IMG/VR virus record: IMGVR_UViG_3300028832_000102
Location: 1-64,000 of that record
Strand: one strand, 5' to 3'
Length of the DNA: 64,000 bases
Source of the DNA: a virus
Taxonomy: Duplodnaviria > Caudoviricetes
A program made the translations under genes and the position numbers. This document shows, piece by piece, positions 20,401 to 29,301 of this stretch. The notes beneath the pieces are model-generated. The model made no database searches. It worked only from the letters and a program-made list of their open reading frames with translations, and had not been told where the DNA came from. Position 1 is the first letter of the stretch; each line of letters opens with the position of its first letter.

Positions 20401-22887
20401 ACCATTCAGCAAGAGCATCCAGATACAGTCCTTCTGACTCTTATACAAGTCCTTCACGCCGTACTTCTCCAGGATAGCCTTTCTATCCAGGTCGGGGAAC
20501 GTTTGGTGACTGCCGTCATACTCAGGCTTCACAAAACAGTTGAAGCGGCGGTTATACTCGTCGGCCAACTTGTCACGCAGCTCCTTGGGCTGCTGCTGCA
20601 GCCACTCGACATAGCCGCTGCGTATCTCCTCGATCTTCGAGTTCGCTAACTGTACCGCCTCGGTGTCCTCCTCCTTCTCGTTCTCCGTCTCACCCTTGGA
20701 GTTAATCTTCGTCAGGATACGGCCGTGCTCGTTGCGCTTATACTTCATCAGCTTCGGCATCGTGTTATGCAGGGCATGGGTCAGCAAGTCCACACCGTCC
20801 ACCTTATTGCCCGTCTCACTCGTCACCGAGAACTGCGTCCTGATACGCTCGTTCCAGCACATACTCGCCACCACATACTGGTCAATCTCAGGTGCATACT
20901 TCACCCTCACCTCTGCCCTATTCTCCGGCATTGAGAAGAAGTCCGAGGCAAACTGCTGGTAGATGTCAGCCGATATCCATCGCTCACCCAGGTTGAAATC
21001 CAGGTCGGCAAAAGGAATAGGAGTAGGAACGGCAGCTTCGAGAGCGGCGATGGCCGTCTTCTCACGCTCTTCCATTTCACGACCGTTACGGGTCACCCAG
21101 CGACGGGCGTTGGCCAGTTTCTCCACCACATTGCCTGACACAAACTGCGCCTTAATCTGATACTCGTTGCTCAGCGGATTCCAGAACAGCTCACCGGCCA
21201 GCTCCTGACAGATAGACTCCTCATCCTTACCCGTCTTATCCTCCATGAATGGCATATTAGGCTTGCCATACTCATTCAGACTCGCTGCCAGCGCCTCATG
21301 CGCCGTCATAGGCTCTGTGCGCTCCTCGGTAGCGAACGCCACCGGCTTGAAGAAGATGTCCGCTTTGCGGTACTCACCCTGATCGTCCTTAATCTCCAGA
21401 GCCAACAGCTCAACCATATTCAGTCGCTTTGCCATCTGCTTGTTCTTCGTGTCATGCAGCTTGCCGTAGTTGTCAACATACTCCTCATATAGCTCGTTCA
21501 GGTTCTTGCGAGTCTCGCTGTCCTCTACCTGCTTGGTACGCTCGTTGCTCTCCAGCTCCAGATAACAACCATGCAGGGCCATAAGCGCCGCCTCCTGCTT
21601 CGTCGGAGCCTTTTTCTTAGCCACCGTTCCCGTCGTGCAAGTGGCTGGCTTCTTAGCCACCGCCCCCTGCGGTTCTCCGCAGGGCTTAGCGCCCCTCTCA
21701 AACTGCCCGACGTCGCACTTTTCCTTCATATCCTCTGCCAGCACCTTGCCCAGCTGCTCGGCAATGCCACTAACACCGCCACGGTGGTAGTACTCAAAGG
21801 CACGCTTTCCATAAGCGTCGGTACCCACTGTCCATGCCGTAGAGACGATGTGGTCAGGATAGCAGGTGAAGTACATATTCGTCGGACAGCCGCCCTCCTC
21901 ACAGGTCGTCAGCAGCATACACTCGTCGGCGGTCAGCTCCTTCTTGTTCACATCCTTCTGAAGCACCAGCAGGTCAGTACCCACCTCCGTGCCGTTCTCC
22001 TTGAACAGGTTGTTCGCCAGACGATACGCACCAATCAATCGGCTCTGCTTCAGCGCCTCCTGCACCTGCTCCGAGTCATTGTTCAGGTAGTTTGAGGTGA
22101 TGATATACGCCTCGATACCGCCGTCACGCAGGCAGTCCAGACCCTTCAGCACATAGTAGCGATGGATCATCTTCGCTGCCTCACGTCTCACAGCATTCTC
22201 GCTCTTCGTATAGGCAGGGTCATACACGCTGATGTCGCCAAAGGGCACGTTCGTGCTCACCAGATCGTATGTCCCCAGTTCCGATGCCGGGATAGTCTCG
22301 AAGCCGTCGATGCGAACGTCAGCCTTCACGCTTTCCAACTTGCCGCAATAGTTCCATCCCTTCAACGTCTTATCGAGGATGGTTCCCGTCAACAAGTCTT
22401 TCTCGTAGGCCACAAGCGACGCATTGTGACTTGCTAAATACCACAGGGCTGTCTTTGCAAACACGCCATTGCCAGCCGCCGGATCAAGGATATTCTTAAA
22501 CGCACGCTCCGTTTCCCTGTTGTAGGTGACACCCACAGAACCATCGCTGTTATACACACGCTCCTTGCCGCAGAGCGAAATCATCATTTCGTCCACGAAC
22601 TTCAGAGGCGTATAGAACGCCGTCAACGTGCTCTGCTTCAGGCTCTGTTGCCACTCCAGCAACTCGTGTGTATCCTTAGCGTTCTCTTTCAGTATCTCAT
22701 ACAACCTCATTGTGTCGGCACAATACTGCATATCGCTCTTACTCCAAGATCGCTGATATATACCGTTCAGGATAAATCCCAGACCACCGAAGCCGCTGTA
22801 CTTACCCAGCACCTCTGCATTATTCTCACCCTTCAGGGCACACTCTATTGCCGCGATATTGTCGCGCAGTCTCTGTAACTTACTCAT
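17446..22887 (-). CDS. DarB-like N6-adenine methyltransferase / SNF2 helicase fusion (1813 aa)
   Basis: MTase motif I ILDPAAGNG and motif IV-like TNVPFG; helicase HEVGSGKT, IDESH, SGT, GTGVNAQ, EQRDGRAVRKGN. Confidence 0.85.
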   Translation of the reverse strand: MSKLQRLRDNIAAIECALKGENNAEVLGKYSGFGGLGFILNGIYQRSWSKSDMQYCADTMRLYEILKENAKDTHELLEWQQSLKQSTLTAFYTPLKFVDEMMISLCGKERVYNSDGSVGVTYNRETERAFKNILDPAAGNGVFAKTALWYLASHNASLVAYEKDLLTGTILDKTLKGWNYCGKLESVKADVRIDGFETIPASELGTYDLVSTNVPFGDISVYDPAYTKSENAVRREAAKMIHRYYVLKGLDCLRDGGIEAYIITSNYLNNDSEQVQEALKQSRLIGAYRLANNLFKENGTEVGTDLLVLQKDVNKKELTADECMLLTTCEEGGCPTNMYFTCYPDHIVSTAWTVGTDAYGKRAFEYYHRGGVSGIAEQLGKVLAEDMKEKCDVGQFERGAKPCGEPQGAVAKKPATCTTGTVAKKKAPTKQEAALMALHGCYLELESNERTKQVEDSETRKNLNELYEEYVDNYGKLHDTKNKQMAKRLNMVELLALEIKDDQGEYRKADIFFKPVAFATEERTEPMTAHEALAASLNEYGKPNMPFMEDKTGKDEESICQELAGELFWNPLSNEYQIKAQFVSGNVVEKLANARRWVTRNGREMEEREKTAIAALEAAVPTPIPFADLDFNLGERWISADIYQQFASDFFSMPENRAEVRVKYAPEIDQYVVASMCWNERIRTQFSVTSETGNKVDGVDLLTHALHNTMPKLMKYKRNEHGRILTKINSKGETENEKEEDTEAVQLANSKIEEIRSGYVEWLQQQPKELRDKLADEYNRRFNCFVKPEYDGSHQTFPDLDRKAILEKYGVKDLYKSQKDCIWMLLLNGGGICDHEVGSGKTMIMCIAAHEMKRLGMCHKPMIIGLKANVSAIAETYRTCYPKAKVLFATEQDYCAANRVDFFNRMKTGDWDCIIMSHDQFGRIPQSLEIQRDITYTMLQQVEDSLDAVSRNRDGGYEITRKMQRGLEKRKNNLSAKLAKIKDDLKNRKDDVADFDELGIDHIFIDESHQFKNLGFVTRHDRVAGLGNVEGSQRAFNLLMALRTIQKKTGRDLGATFLSGTTVTNSLTELYLLFHYLRPKALEKQGITCFDAWAAIFTKKSQEYEFSLTNTIQLKERFRYFIKVPELAMFYNEITDYKTAEDVGIVRPKKDPVLLKLEPTPDQEEYIKVLMEFARTGDFSLIGIDNPTKQQENAKMLYATDLARKMSLDMRLIDPMYGDHPNNKVSRCAEKIYQWYKAFDEMKGTQLVFSDLSTWQGKSQWSVYGAIKDKLIDEYHIPADEIRFIQEAKNDKQKQEIIKLTNEGKVRVLFGSTSMLGTGVNAQKRVVCVHHLDTPWRPSDLEQRDGRAVRKGNEIAADWQDNKVKVIIYAVERSLDSYKFQLLHSKQVFISQLKHGQLNVRTLDEGAMDEKGGMNFAEYMAVLSGNRDLLERAKLEKRIAALEGERKNFYRERHSQEDKLASLQQQTEAYKANIESAQRDLQRFEQAAEKDAEGNAMNKIDIDGFAIDTDIFPIGSKEWTAAVARELMRIDNDTQLPPMQVKTIGHLYGFPIQIRTEATGSETHHDGSVTTTYRNVFSVKGEKIGHTIDNGRLNHGVLAKAAGYALECLLAIPKRLENWQWHVDNNTVTIKQLESILAVEWGKDDALRQMKQDLVALDKKIGASLKKTDDEVKDIATENKKELPYKFSIDRGDTTVTFKRSLLSLVSISEMKQLCERLVEGIEGWRKSHWSLSDGWSWRGETRYHDEVSVEFTLGEKAEAFILEAMRLQEQRANDKAWLKEHAGLASNGTEVTRDNETILAAREMLKPGKKAA

Positions 22888-22933
22888 AATGTTATTTGAC
22901 TATTTTACAATTTCACTATTTCACTATTCAAAC

Positions 22934-22990
22934 TGCACAGTAGGGTCGGTTCCGCTGTGCACTCAGTAGGGTCGGTTCCGCTGTGCACTT
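22934..22990. repeat. Tandem palindromic REP-like element gtgcacagtagggtcggttccgctgtgcac
   Basis: Two copies here, one at 24631-24660, one inverted at 29359-29388 inside a CDS. Confidence 0.8.
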
Positions 22991-23328
22991 GCCAGAGGCG
23001 AACCGATGCGCTCCAGCATATCCTTTTCATACTCCTCTCGCACTGTGTCGCACTCGTCCTTGGTTGGCAGACGGTCGAACGATGCAATAGGATTGTTTGC
23101 CGTAGTCAGACGGAAGTATGGTGTGTCTACCAAGTTCGCCTGCCAAAAGAGAATGAGCCAGTAGCGGCCCTTATACTTCTGCACGAAATAGCCGTCCCAG
23201 TCGCCAGCGCTGCTGGTGGTGTTCCACAGCTCCGCACGCTTCACATCGCGCTGCTCTTCCAGCCACTTCACAGGAGCGTACCACGTACCCTCCACATCCT
23301 TGCACTCATTCAGTAATAGCTTTGCCAT
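22963..23328 (-). CDS. Hypothetical protein (121 aa)
   Basis: ORF with ACGACTATG start. Confidence 0.7.
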   Translation of the reverse strand: MAKLLLNECKDVEGTWYAPVKWLEEQRDVKRAELWNTTSSAGDWDGYFVQKYKGRYWLILFWQANLVDTPYFRLTTANNPIASFDRLPTKDECDTVREEYEKDMLERIGSPLASAQRNRPY

Positions 23329-23343
23329 AGTCGTATCTCGTTT

Positions 23344-23658
23344 TTAGATATTACTTGATTTTAATTTCCTTTCCTTCCATGCGTTAATCAGAAATCTGCG
23401 ATAAGCAAACCTCCGCAGATGAGACCATTTGTGATTGTGACGCTGTAGGCCATGTCTACCAGCATAAAACTTTAGCCAAAGCTGATAGCATCTGCCATCC
23501 CAATCTTTTCTTCCAAACAGTCCAATACGAATGTTAGACAACGTTGGGAGTATGTGCTTCCTAACAACAATAGCACATAAACGTATCAACACATATATTG
23601 TTACGAGGGCTATCAACACCCATACTGTAACGCCGGTATAATAAAACAAATTTTCCAT
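23344..23658 (-). CDS. Hypothetical membrane protein (104 aa)
   Basis: N-terminal hydrophobic helix; lower GC than neighbours. Confidence 0.65.
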   Translation of the reverse strand: MENLFYYTGVTVWVLIALVTIYVLIRLCAIVVRKHILPTLSNIRIGLFGRKDWDGRCYQLWLKFYAGRHGLQRHNHKWSHLRRFAYRRFLINAWKERKLKSSNI

Positions 23659-23675
23659 ACTCGTATCTCGTTTAG

Positions 23676-24353
23676 TTAATATTCGTACTTGTTCACATGG
23701 CGGCCAACGATGCCGCTCTCAAAGCTGATGGTGTCCTTGCCACGCAGACACTCCTGTATTGTGCTCCAGTGGAAGGCAGTGCGTCCGATACTGCACAGCC
23801 AAGCCTTACGACCCAGCGCCTTGATGGCTTCGTCACGCTCTATCTCGTAGTCCAGACCCTTCTTATGGCGGGTGTACTGGCAGACGTTAGCCTCTATCTC
23901 TATCAGCTCCATATCCTCGTTCAGATAGCCAACAGACAGCAGTATCTTCTTGTCCTCGGCAGTCAGACGGAACTCACGCGGCGCGTTCTTCTGCGCCTCC
24001 CACTGCTCTCGCTCCTTCCGTTCGCGGATGATAGCGTCGAGCTGCCACTTACCCTTTATCTCCTTGCCGTCATAGCAAAGTTCAGAGCCCTGGTTGTTGA
24101 TACTCCAGGTAAACAGATCCTCGTTCAGCCCCTTCTCCACATACGTCTCCTGTACAATCTCGAACAGCCTGCGGATAATCAGGTTGCCGAACATCCTGTA
24201 GTCCTGCCTGTCGTGGCAGACATCAAGCGCAGCGTACACATCGCTCTCATCCATATCCACATCGAAGTCCGTGAAGAGCTTGTCGATGTACTCGTCGTTA
24301 AACACAAGGCAGTTGCAGATGAACTCCATTGTCTCGTTAAGTTTCGTTGCCAT
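23676..24353 (-). CDS. Hypothetical protein (225 aa)
   Basis: ORF with ACGAGTATG start. Confidence 0.75.
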   Translation of the reverse strand: MATKLNETMEFICNCLVFNDEYIDKLFTDFDVDMDESDVYAALDVCHDRQDYRMFGNLIIRRLFEIVQETYVEKGLNEDLFTWSINNQGSELCYDGKEIKGKWQLDAIIRERKEREQWEAQKNAPREFRLTAEDKKILLSVGYLNEDMELIEIEANVCQYTRHKKGLDYEIERDEAIKALGRKAWLCSIGRTAFHWSTIQECLRGKDTISFESGIVGRHVNKYEY

Positions 24354-24367
24354 ACTCGTATCTAGTT

Positions 24368-24550
24368 TTATAAATTTTCAAACTCTTCTGGTATAATCTC
24401 CATGCCGTCCCACTGTGCGTGCCTGATGGAGTTGTAGCCGTTGGCAAAATCTTCCAAAGAAACCTTGTCGCTCTTTATCGCCTTAACTATCAGCCCAAGG
24501 TAAAACTCGTTGAACTGGTGTTCAAGGCACCATTTGATTTTCTCGTCCAT
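24368..24550 (-). CDS. Hypothetical protein (60 aa)
   Basis: ORF with ACGATTATG start. Confidence 0.55.
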   Translation of the reverse strand: MDEKIKWCLEHQFNEFYLGLIVKAIKSDKVSLEDFANGYNSIRHAQWDGMEIIPEEFENL

Positions 24551-24668
24551 AATCGTAAATTTTTCGTTAATTGTAGATAAAAACAAAGCACCCCATGCCG
24601 TTGTAGCATAGGGTGCAAGTGGTCGTAAAAGTGCACAGTAGGGTCGGTTCCGCTGTGCACTATAGAAG

Positions 24669-25121
24669 TTATAGTATAAACATGAACTTCGTGCCTCCGT
24701 CAGGCTTAGGCTCCAGCAGGAACCTGCCCATACTGATAACGTCCATACCTATCAGTACGTCCGTCGATGGCAGCTCCTGCACCGCCATATAGAACGGACC
24801 AGCCACTGTACCGTTGGGGAAGCGCAGACAAGCAATCGTTACCCACGACTGCCGTTTGCCGCCTACTCCGTTTAAGTTCATGTTGCCTACAGGCTTCAAG
24901 TTCAGTTTAGCAGCAACGGCAGGCGTGATAACCGTGGTAGATGTTCCTGTGTCCCACAGTCCACGAACCTTCGTGCCGGTAAACTTGTTATTGCCAGTCA
25001 TCACGCAGATGTGGCAATCCATTTCCAGCGAACGCGCTGGCCGTCCTGTCGTCTCAGCCGACAAGCTCGAGCTCGTATGAGTCCACGTCAAAGAGTCTTG
25101 GTTGGATTTCTGCTCCGCCAT
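24669..25121 (-). CDS. Retropepsin-like aspartyl protease (150 aa)
   Basis: Catalytic LWDTGTS motif, flap-like GVGG, C-terminal VLIGMD. Confidence 0.8.
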   Translation of the reverse strand: MAEQKSNQDSLTWTHTSSSLSAETTGRPARSLEMDCHICVMTGNNKFTGTKVRGLWDTGTSTTVITPAVAAKLNLKPVGNMNLNGVGGKRQSWVTIACLRFPNGTVAGPFYMAVQELPSTDVLIGMDVISMGRFLLEPKPDGGTKFMFIL

Positions 25122-25278
25122 AGTTACAGTCTTCGATTTGTGCATACCCTACCGTGCCCTCAGTGGGCATAGCCAGGGTTTCAGGTTTAATCATTCTTTC
25201 CATAATACTCGCTTTAGAAGTTTCACGCTGCGAAGTTACGGATAATTTTTCATATCCGCAACATTCTGCAGCGAAAAG

Positions 25279-25449
25279 TTACATACAATACCCGTCCTCG
25301 CTGATCAGCCCGTTCTCCACATACTTGTCGTACAGATATGCCAGGTCGATATCCTTCAGCAGCGGGTTCAGCGCATTAACGATTGCCTTGCCGTCCCACT
25401 CGTCTTCCATAAACTTCAGCACCTGTGCTGCCTTCTGTTTGTTCGTCAT
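25279..25449 (-). CDS. Small hypothetical protein (56 aa; below the ORF-track cutoff)
   Basis: MTNKQKAAQVLKFMEDEWDG...; ACGACTATG start. Confidence 0.55.
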   Translation of the reverse strand: MTNKQKAAQVLKFMEDEWDGKAIVNALNPLLKDIDLAYLYDKYVENGLISEDGYCM

Positions 25450-25461
25450 AGTCGTATCGTT

Positions 25462-25794
25462 TTAGATGCAGTTCTGATACTGAATAGCACTGTAGAAATC
25501 GTTGGGTAGTTCGATACCCTTTCCACGTAGCTCATTGCCTTTATTGTCAAGTATATACAGGCTAAAACGCCCGGCACAATAGATAATAAACAGACTGCTC
25601 TCCTGTCGGTACTGCTTGAAGCCAAGCTCACGCAGCATCGGAGAGTAGTTCACATACCGCCCGTCCTTGAACGACACCAGCGAGAACACAGCCCGCTCGT
25701 TCTTCGATGCCGTGTCAATGACAATCAGCAGCGTCTTCTGGCGCAGCGCCTCGAAGAAGTCCTGCACCATCTTTTCAAACCTTTCCTTTTCCAT
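25462..25794 (-). CDS. Hypothetical protein
   Basis: ORF in the early operon. Confidence 0.65.
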   Translation of the reverse strand: MEKERFEKMVQDFFEALRQKTLLIVIDTASKNERAVFSLVSFKDGRYVNYSPMLRELGFKQYRQESSLFIIYCAGRFSLYILDNKGNELRGKGIELPNDFYSAIQYQNCI

Positions 25795-25796
25795 AG

Positions 25797-26051
25797 TCAC
25801 GCCTTTTTATTTGTCCATGCACTTTCGTCCGTACAATCGACCCACTCAGGGAAGTAGTCGCCCAGGTTATCAATCGCCTCCTGCGATTCAATGAGAGTTT
25901 GGCGGGACGTTATCGTATCCTCCCAAGTCAGGCCACACCGCTTGCACATACACCGCCTGACAGTCGAATGTATGCGCTCAATCTCTACAACTTCCTCATG
26001 CAGGACGGGTGTAAACCGTGCCCCGCTTCTCGGTACTGTCATTGCTTTCAT
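25797..26051 (-). CDS. Small Zn-ribbon-like protein (84 aa)
   Basis: CMCKRCG; ACGACTATG start. Confidence 0.6.
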   Translation of the reverse strand: MKAMTVPRSGARFTPVLHEEVVEIERIHSTVRRCMCKRCGLTWEDTITSRQTLIESQEAIDNLGDYFPEWVDCTDESAWTNKKA

Positions 26052-26063
26052 AGTCGTAATGTT

Positions 26064-26261
26064 TTAGTTCATTGCTGTAATAAATTTCTCAGGTACTGGT
26101 TTCCAGTGAAGTGGAACAACACCGTGCGACGTCTCGTGCATAATGGGCCTGTCGAGCCACACACCATAGACGTCACTCTCTTCGTTGTACGGCATGGTAT
26201 CAATCACACCGTCGCCAAGCGGTGTACTCACACGCTGGTCAAGTTGAAACTTGATTTCCAT
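26064..26261 (-). CDS. Small hypothetical protein (65 aa)
   Basis: ACGACTATG start. Confidence 0.6.
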   Translation of the reverse strand: MEIKFQLDQRVSTPLGDGVIDTMPYNEESDVYGVWLDRPIMHETSHGVVPLHWKPVPEKFITAMN

Positions 26262-26274
26262 AGTCGTAATCGCT

Positions 26275-26472
26275 TTAGTCTATTGTTAACCATTGAATCT
26301 CAGATATCCTGGAATAGTCATCCAATTTCGGATGAACATCCTTCCAGTAGCAATAAAGAAGAAACTCGCCGAGCTGACAGAACGGGATGCCTACACGCTT
26401 TTCCTGTATCAGCTCGTGAAAGTACTCATTTCTCTTCTCGACGGTCAGCCGTCCGATGTCAGTATAAACCAT
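26275..26472 (-). CDS. Small hypothetical protein (65 aa)
   Basis: ACGACTATG start at 26472. Confidence 0.55.
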   Translation of the reverse strand: MVYTDIGRLTVEKRNEYFHELIQEKRVGIPFCQLGEFLLYCYWKDVHPKLDDYSRISEIQWLTID

Positions 26473-26555
26473 AGTCGTAATGTTTTTAAGTTCCACATCA
26501 GCCATCAGACATCACACATCATACATCTTCCGGCCATAGTCTCACTTCTTTAATG

Positions 26556-26966
26556 TTAATACTCAATCTTGTGCAGACGCATAGAACGCCTGTCGTTGTC
26601 ACTCAGCTGCACGTCGTGACTCACGCAACGCACCTTGAAGTGCTCACGCTCGCCGCTTCGTGGATCGTCCGTGTCGGAGTAGGCACGGCAGGCCATCAGC
26701 TTGTGCGTCGTGTACTCCACGTCGAGCACGTCCGTCAGCAGCTCCTTGTCGTAGTGCATCCCCTTGAACACCGCCTTGCCGCAGATGTTGATACGGAAAG
26801 GCGCTCCGTTCACGTAGTCGCCGGCATTGCACATCCATACGCCGTGGTAGTAATGCACCATATCCATGTCGATGGGAATCATCACCCAGTACCACGTTGT
26901 CGTGCAGTTTGGCGTGTCAAACGGCAGCAGCACCTCCACGTTGATGTTCTCTTTCCAGTTTGCCAT
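26556..26966 (-). CDS. Hypothetical protein (136 aa)
   Basis: ORF in the early operon. Confidence 0.7.
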   Translation of the reverse strand: MANWKENINVEVLLPFDTPNCTTTWYWVMIPIDMDMVHYYHGVWMCNAGDYVNGAPFRINICGKAVFKGMHYDKELLTDVLDVEYTTHKLMACRAYSDTDDPRSGEREHFKVRCVSHDVQLSDNDRRSMRLHKIEY

Positions 26967-26979
26967 AGTCTCACTTGTT

Positions 26980-27408
26980 TTATAAGTTCACAAACTGTTC
27001 TGCAAGGAAGTCCTCAGTGGCCGTATCGTCCCACCCTGCCGACTCTCTGGCAGCGGTGCGCTCCAGCGACTTAGCATGGATGGCGTACCATTTAGCCCTG
27101 ACACCCGCCACCTTACGGATAACCTCACGGGGATTGTCCGTAGCGAGTAGGACGCTGGATTTACTGTCGATGCTTTTGCCATCCATCAGCTTCACCAGGT
27201 CACATCCTATGCGTCGCTCGCTCCATAGCTTATCCTTGTCGGTCTCGTATATCCGCTTTGTACGGGCGGTCACATCCTTGCAGTCGTAGCACATGTTGTA
27301 GCTGAATATCTTCTTGTGTACGCAGTCCACAACATACAGCGTACTTGGTGTCTCGTCGATGCCTTCCACGTGCATCAAGTCCACGACGTAGTAGTTCTTC
27401 TTTTCCAT
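26980..27408 (-). CDS. Hypothetical protein (142 aa)
   Basis: ORF in the early operon. Confidence 0.7.
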   Translation of the reverse strand: MEKKNYYVVDLMHVEGIDETPSTLYVVDCVHKKIFSYNMCYDCKDVTARTKRIYETDKDKLWSERRIGCDLVKLMDGKSIDSKSSVLLATDNPREVIRKVAGVRAKWYAIHAKSLERTAARESAGWDDTATEDFLAEQFVNL

Positions 27409-27420
27409 ATTCGTTTCGTT

Positions 27421-28029
27421 TTAATTTTTCCACTCACAATAAACATACTCCATCAGTCGTTCTGCCCACTGGTCGTCCAGCTCACGGTAGAACTTCATCC
27501 ATGCAGACATCGTGTCGTTGTTGCATACATCCTCGCAGAGGTGTAGGAACTTCGAGCAGAAGTGTTGGTATAGATAGTGCTTACAGTCACCCACCATCCA
27601 GAGTATCACCTCGTCGTAGGGTGGGTGACTGTAGCAGAAGTGTGCCCATCGGTCCATGATGTCGGTAATCTTTTCCACATCATGCGCTTTCGGCACGTCG
27701 GTCTTAGAAGACTTCTTAGCATCCAAATCAGCACGTATCTTGCGGATAGCGTCGCTGAACTCGTTCAGCGTGATATGTCCGTGGTCGTAAAAGTGATGGT
27801 AGTAGGACATCTCAAAGGCCAGCTCGTAAGTCTTGATGACATTGCCTGTCTCCATAGCCATCACATCGAGAGGCCACGCCGTGGTCATCATCTTGTCAGA
27901 GAGCCATCCGTCCCAATCCTCGTGCCAGAACTCCTGCAGCGCCGTCCAAACGTCGCCTGTCTCATACTCGAATACGTAGGTCTCGCCCTCGGCGACAACC
28001 TTCACAATGTAGTTAGCTGTTGTAATCAT
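27421..28029 (-). CDS. Hypothetical protein (202 aa)
   Basis: ACGACTATG start. Confidence 0.7.
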   Translation of the reverse strand: MITTANYIVKVVAEGETYVFEYETGDVWTALQEFWHEDWDGWLSDKMMTTAWPLDVMAMETGNVIKTYELAFEMSYYHHFYDHGHITLNEFSDAIRKIRADLDAKKSSKTDVPKAHDVEKITDIMDRWAHFCYSHPPYDEVILWMVGDCKHYLYQHFCSKFLHLCEDVCNNDTMSAWMKFYRELDDQWAERLMEYVYCEWKN

Positions 28030-28040
28030 AGTCGTAATGT

Positions 28041-28283
28041 TTAGAGTTCACAAAGTATCTCGTCAATCTCACACTCCTCTTCCCACCAGCGCTCGTCCAG
28101 CTCGTTCTCCTCGCCATACTCCTCCAGCAGCTCAATCACACGCTCACAGTCCACGACATTCTCGTCCGGTATCAGGTGCATGTTATAACTCTTGCTAATC
28201 TGCGCTTGCAGAATAGCCATATCCTCCTCCGACATGTTTTTACGTACATAGTCGATCGCATTTTTTAAACTCTTCTTTGCCAT
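28041..28283 (-). CDS. Small acidic protein (80 aa)
   Basis: Glu-rich C-terminus. Confidence 0.65.
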   Translation of the reverse strand: MAKKSLKNAIDYVRKNMSEEDMAILQAQISKSYNMHLIPDENVVDCERVIELLEEYGEENELDERWWEEECEIDEILCEL

Positions 28284-28287
28284 AGTC

Positions 28288-28503
28288 CTAATCGTTTAAG
28301 TCGTCATCATCTGTATCCTCGTCCTCGTTCACCTCAATCACCTCACGCTCCCATACAGAGTTGTAGTGCGACAGGTAGTAGGCTTCGTCGTTGCCAGTCT
28401 TCAGCATAGCCTGTTCACGGGCATGCGCCTCGTTCTCCGCTTCCACGCTCACGGTCACTGCCACGAGCATGGTCATTCGTACTTCAAAATTCTTCATAGT
28501 CAT
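28288..28503 (-). CDS. Small acidic protein (71 aa)
   Basis: VSVEAENEAHA motif common in small phage proteins. Confidence 0.65.
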   Translation of the reverse strand: MTMKNFEVRMTMLVAVTVSVEAENEAHAREQAMLKTGNDEAYYLSHYNSVWEREVIEVNEDEDTDDDDLND

Positions 28504-28512
28504 TACTTGTTT

Positions 28513-28881
28513 TTAGTCCATCTGATAATACACCAGAGCCTTGTAGCCCTGATTCCTCAAACTCTCGGCCACCGCTTCAGCCTGCTTAGTGCGTCGCATC
28601 TGCATACCGTTACAGATGCCGTTGATCCAGTAGTACCCCTGCCACGCCTCGCTGTCGATACGCTCCAGGGTGAATCCGTTCCACTCGCGGCTCTCCCTCG
28701 TAGTGAACTCGCTGATGTCGTAGCCCTCCGGCAGCTCAATCACCGGCGTGTCGAAGTTGTATGTCCCATAATCCGACGTCCCGCTCAGCGCATCCGCCGC
28801 CGTCTTCGCCTTGCAGATAGCCTGTCGTAAGGCCGTCACCTCAAATCTCGGTTCCATAGTCATATCACTTTTCGATTTCAC
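28513..28881 (-). CDS. Hypothetical protein (~122 aa)
   Basis: ORF in the early operon; start uncertain. Confidence 0.65.
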   Translation of the reverse strand: MKSKSDMTMEPRFEVTALRQAICKAKTAADALSGTSDYGTYNFDTPVIELPEGYDISEFTTRESREWNGFTLERIDSEAWQGYYWINGICNGMQMRRTKQAEAVAESLRNQGYKALVYYQMD

Positions 28882-29248
28882 ACTTCGTAATCGTCAGCTC
28901 AATATGATTCGTGACATAGTAGCCATCCTCATAGGCACGATACAGGTCTGGAGTATTATACTCCACCTTCCATCCCTTACGCTTCACGTAGTCTGCAACA
29001 GTCTCATCATCTCCGTCGCCATCATTAATAAACTTCTGCATATACTTTCGAGCCGCCTGCTCAGCACCAAACGACTTAACGATAATATCGGTCGCCTCGC
29101 CGTCCCATGCCTGTTCAGCCGTAAACACCCACACACACTGAGCCTGTTGAAAACCCTCCAACTTCTTGTTGATAGATTCCAGACTCCTGCTGATGTTTCT
29201 CAGTAGATTTGGCATCAGCTCCATAAATTTTTGCTCTAAAACTGTCAT
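28865..29248 (-). CDS. Hypothetical protein (127 aa)
   Basis: ORF in the early operon. Confidence 0.65.
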   Translation of the reverse strand: MTVLEQKFMELMPNLLRNISRSLESINKKLEGFQQAQCVWVFTAEQAWDGEATDIIVKSFGAEQAARKYMQKFINDGDGDDETVADYVKRKGWKVEYNTPDLYRAYEDGYYVTNHIELTITKCEIEK

Positions 29249-29301
29249 AGTCGAATTTGTTTTAATTCGTGTTCAATTCGTGATAATTCGTGTTTAAAAA
29301 C

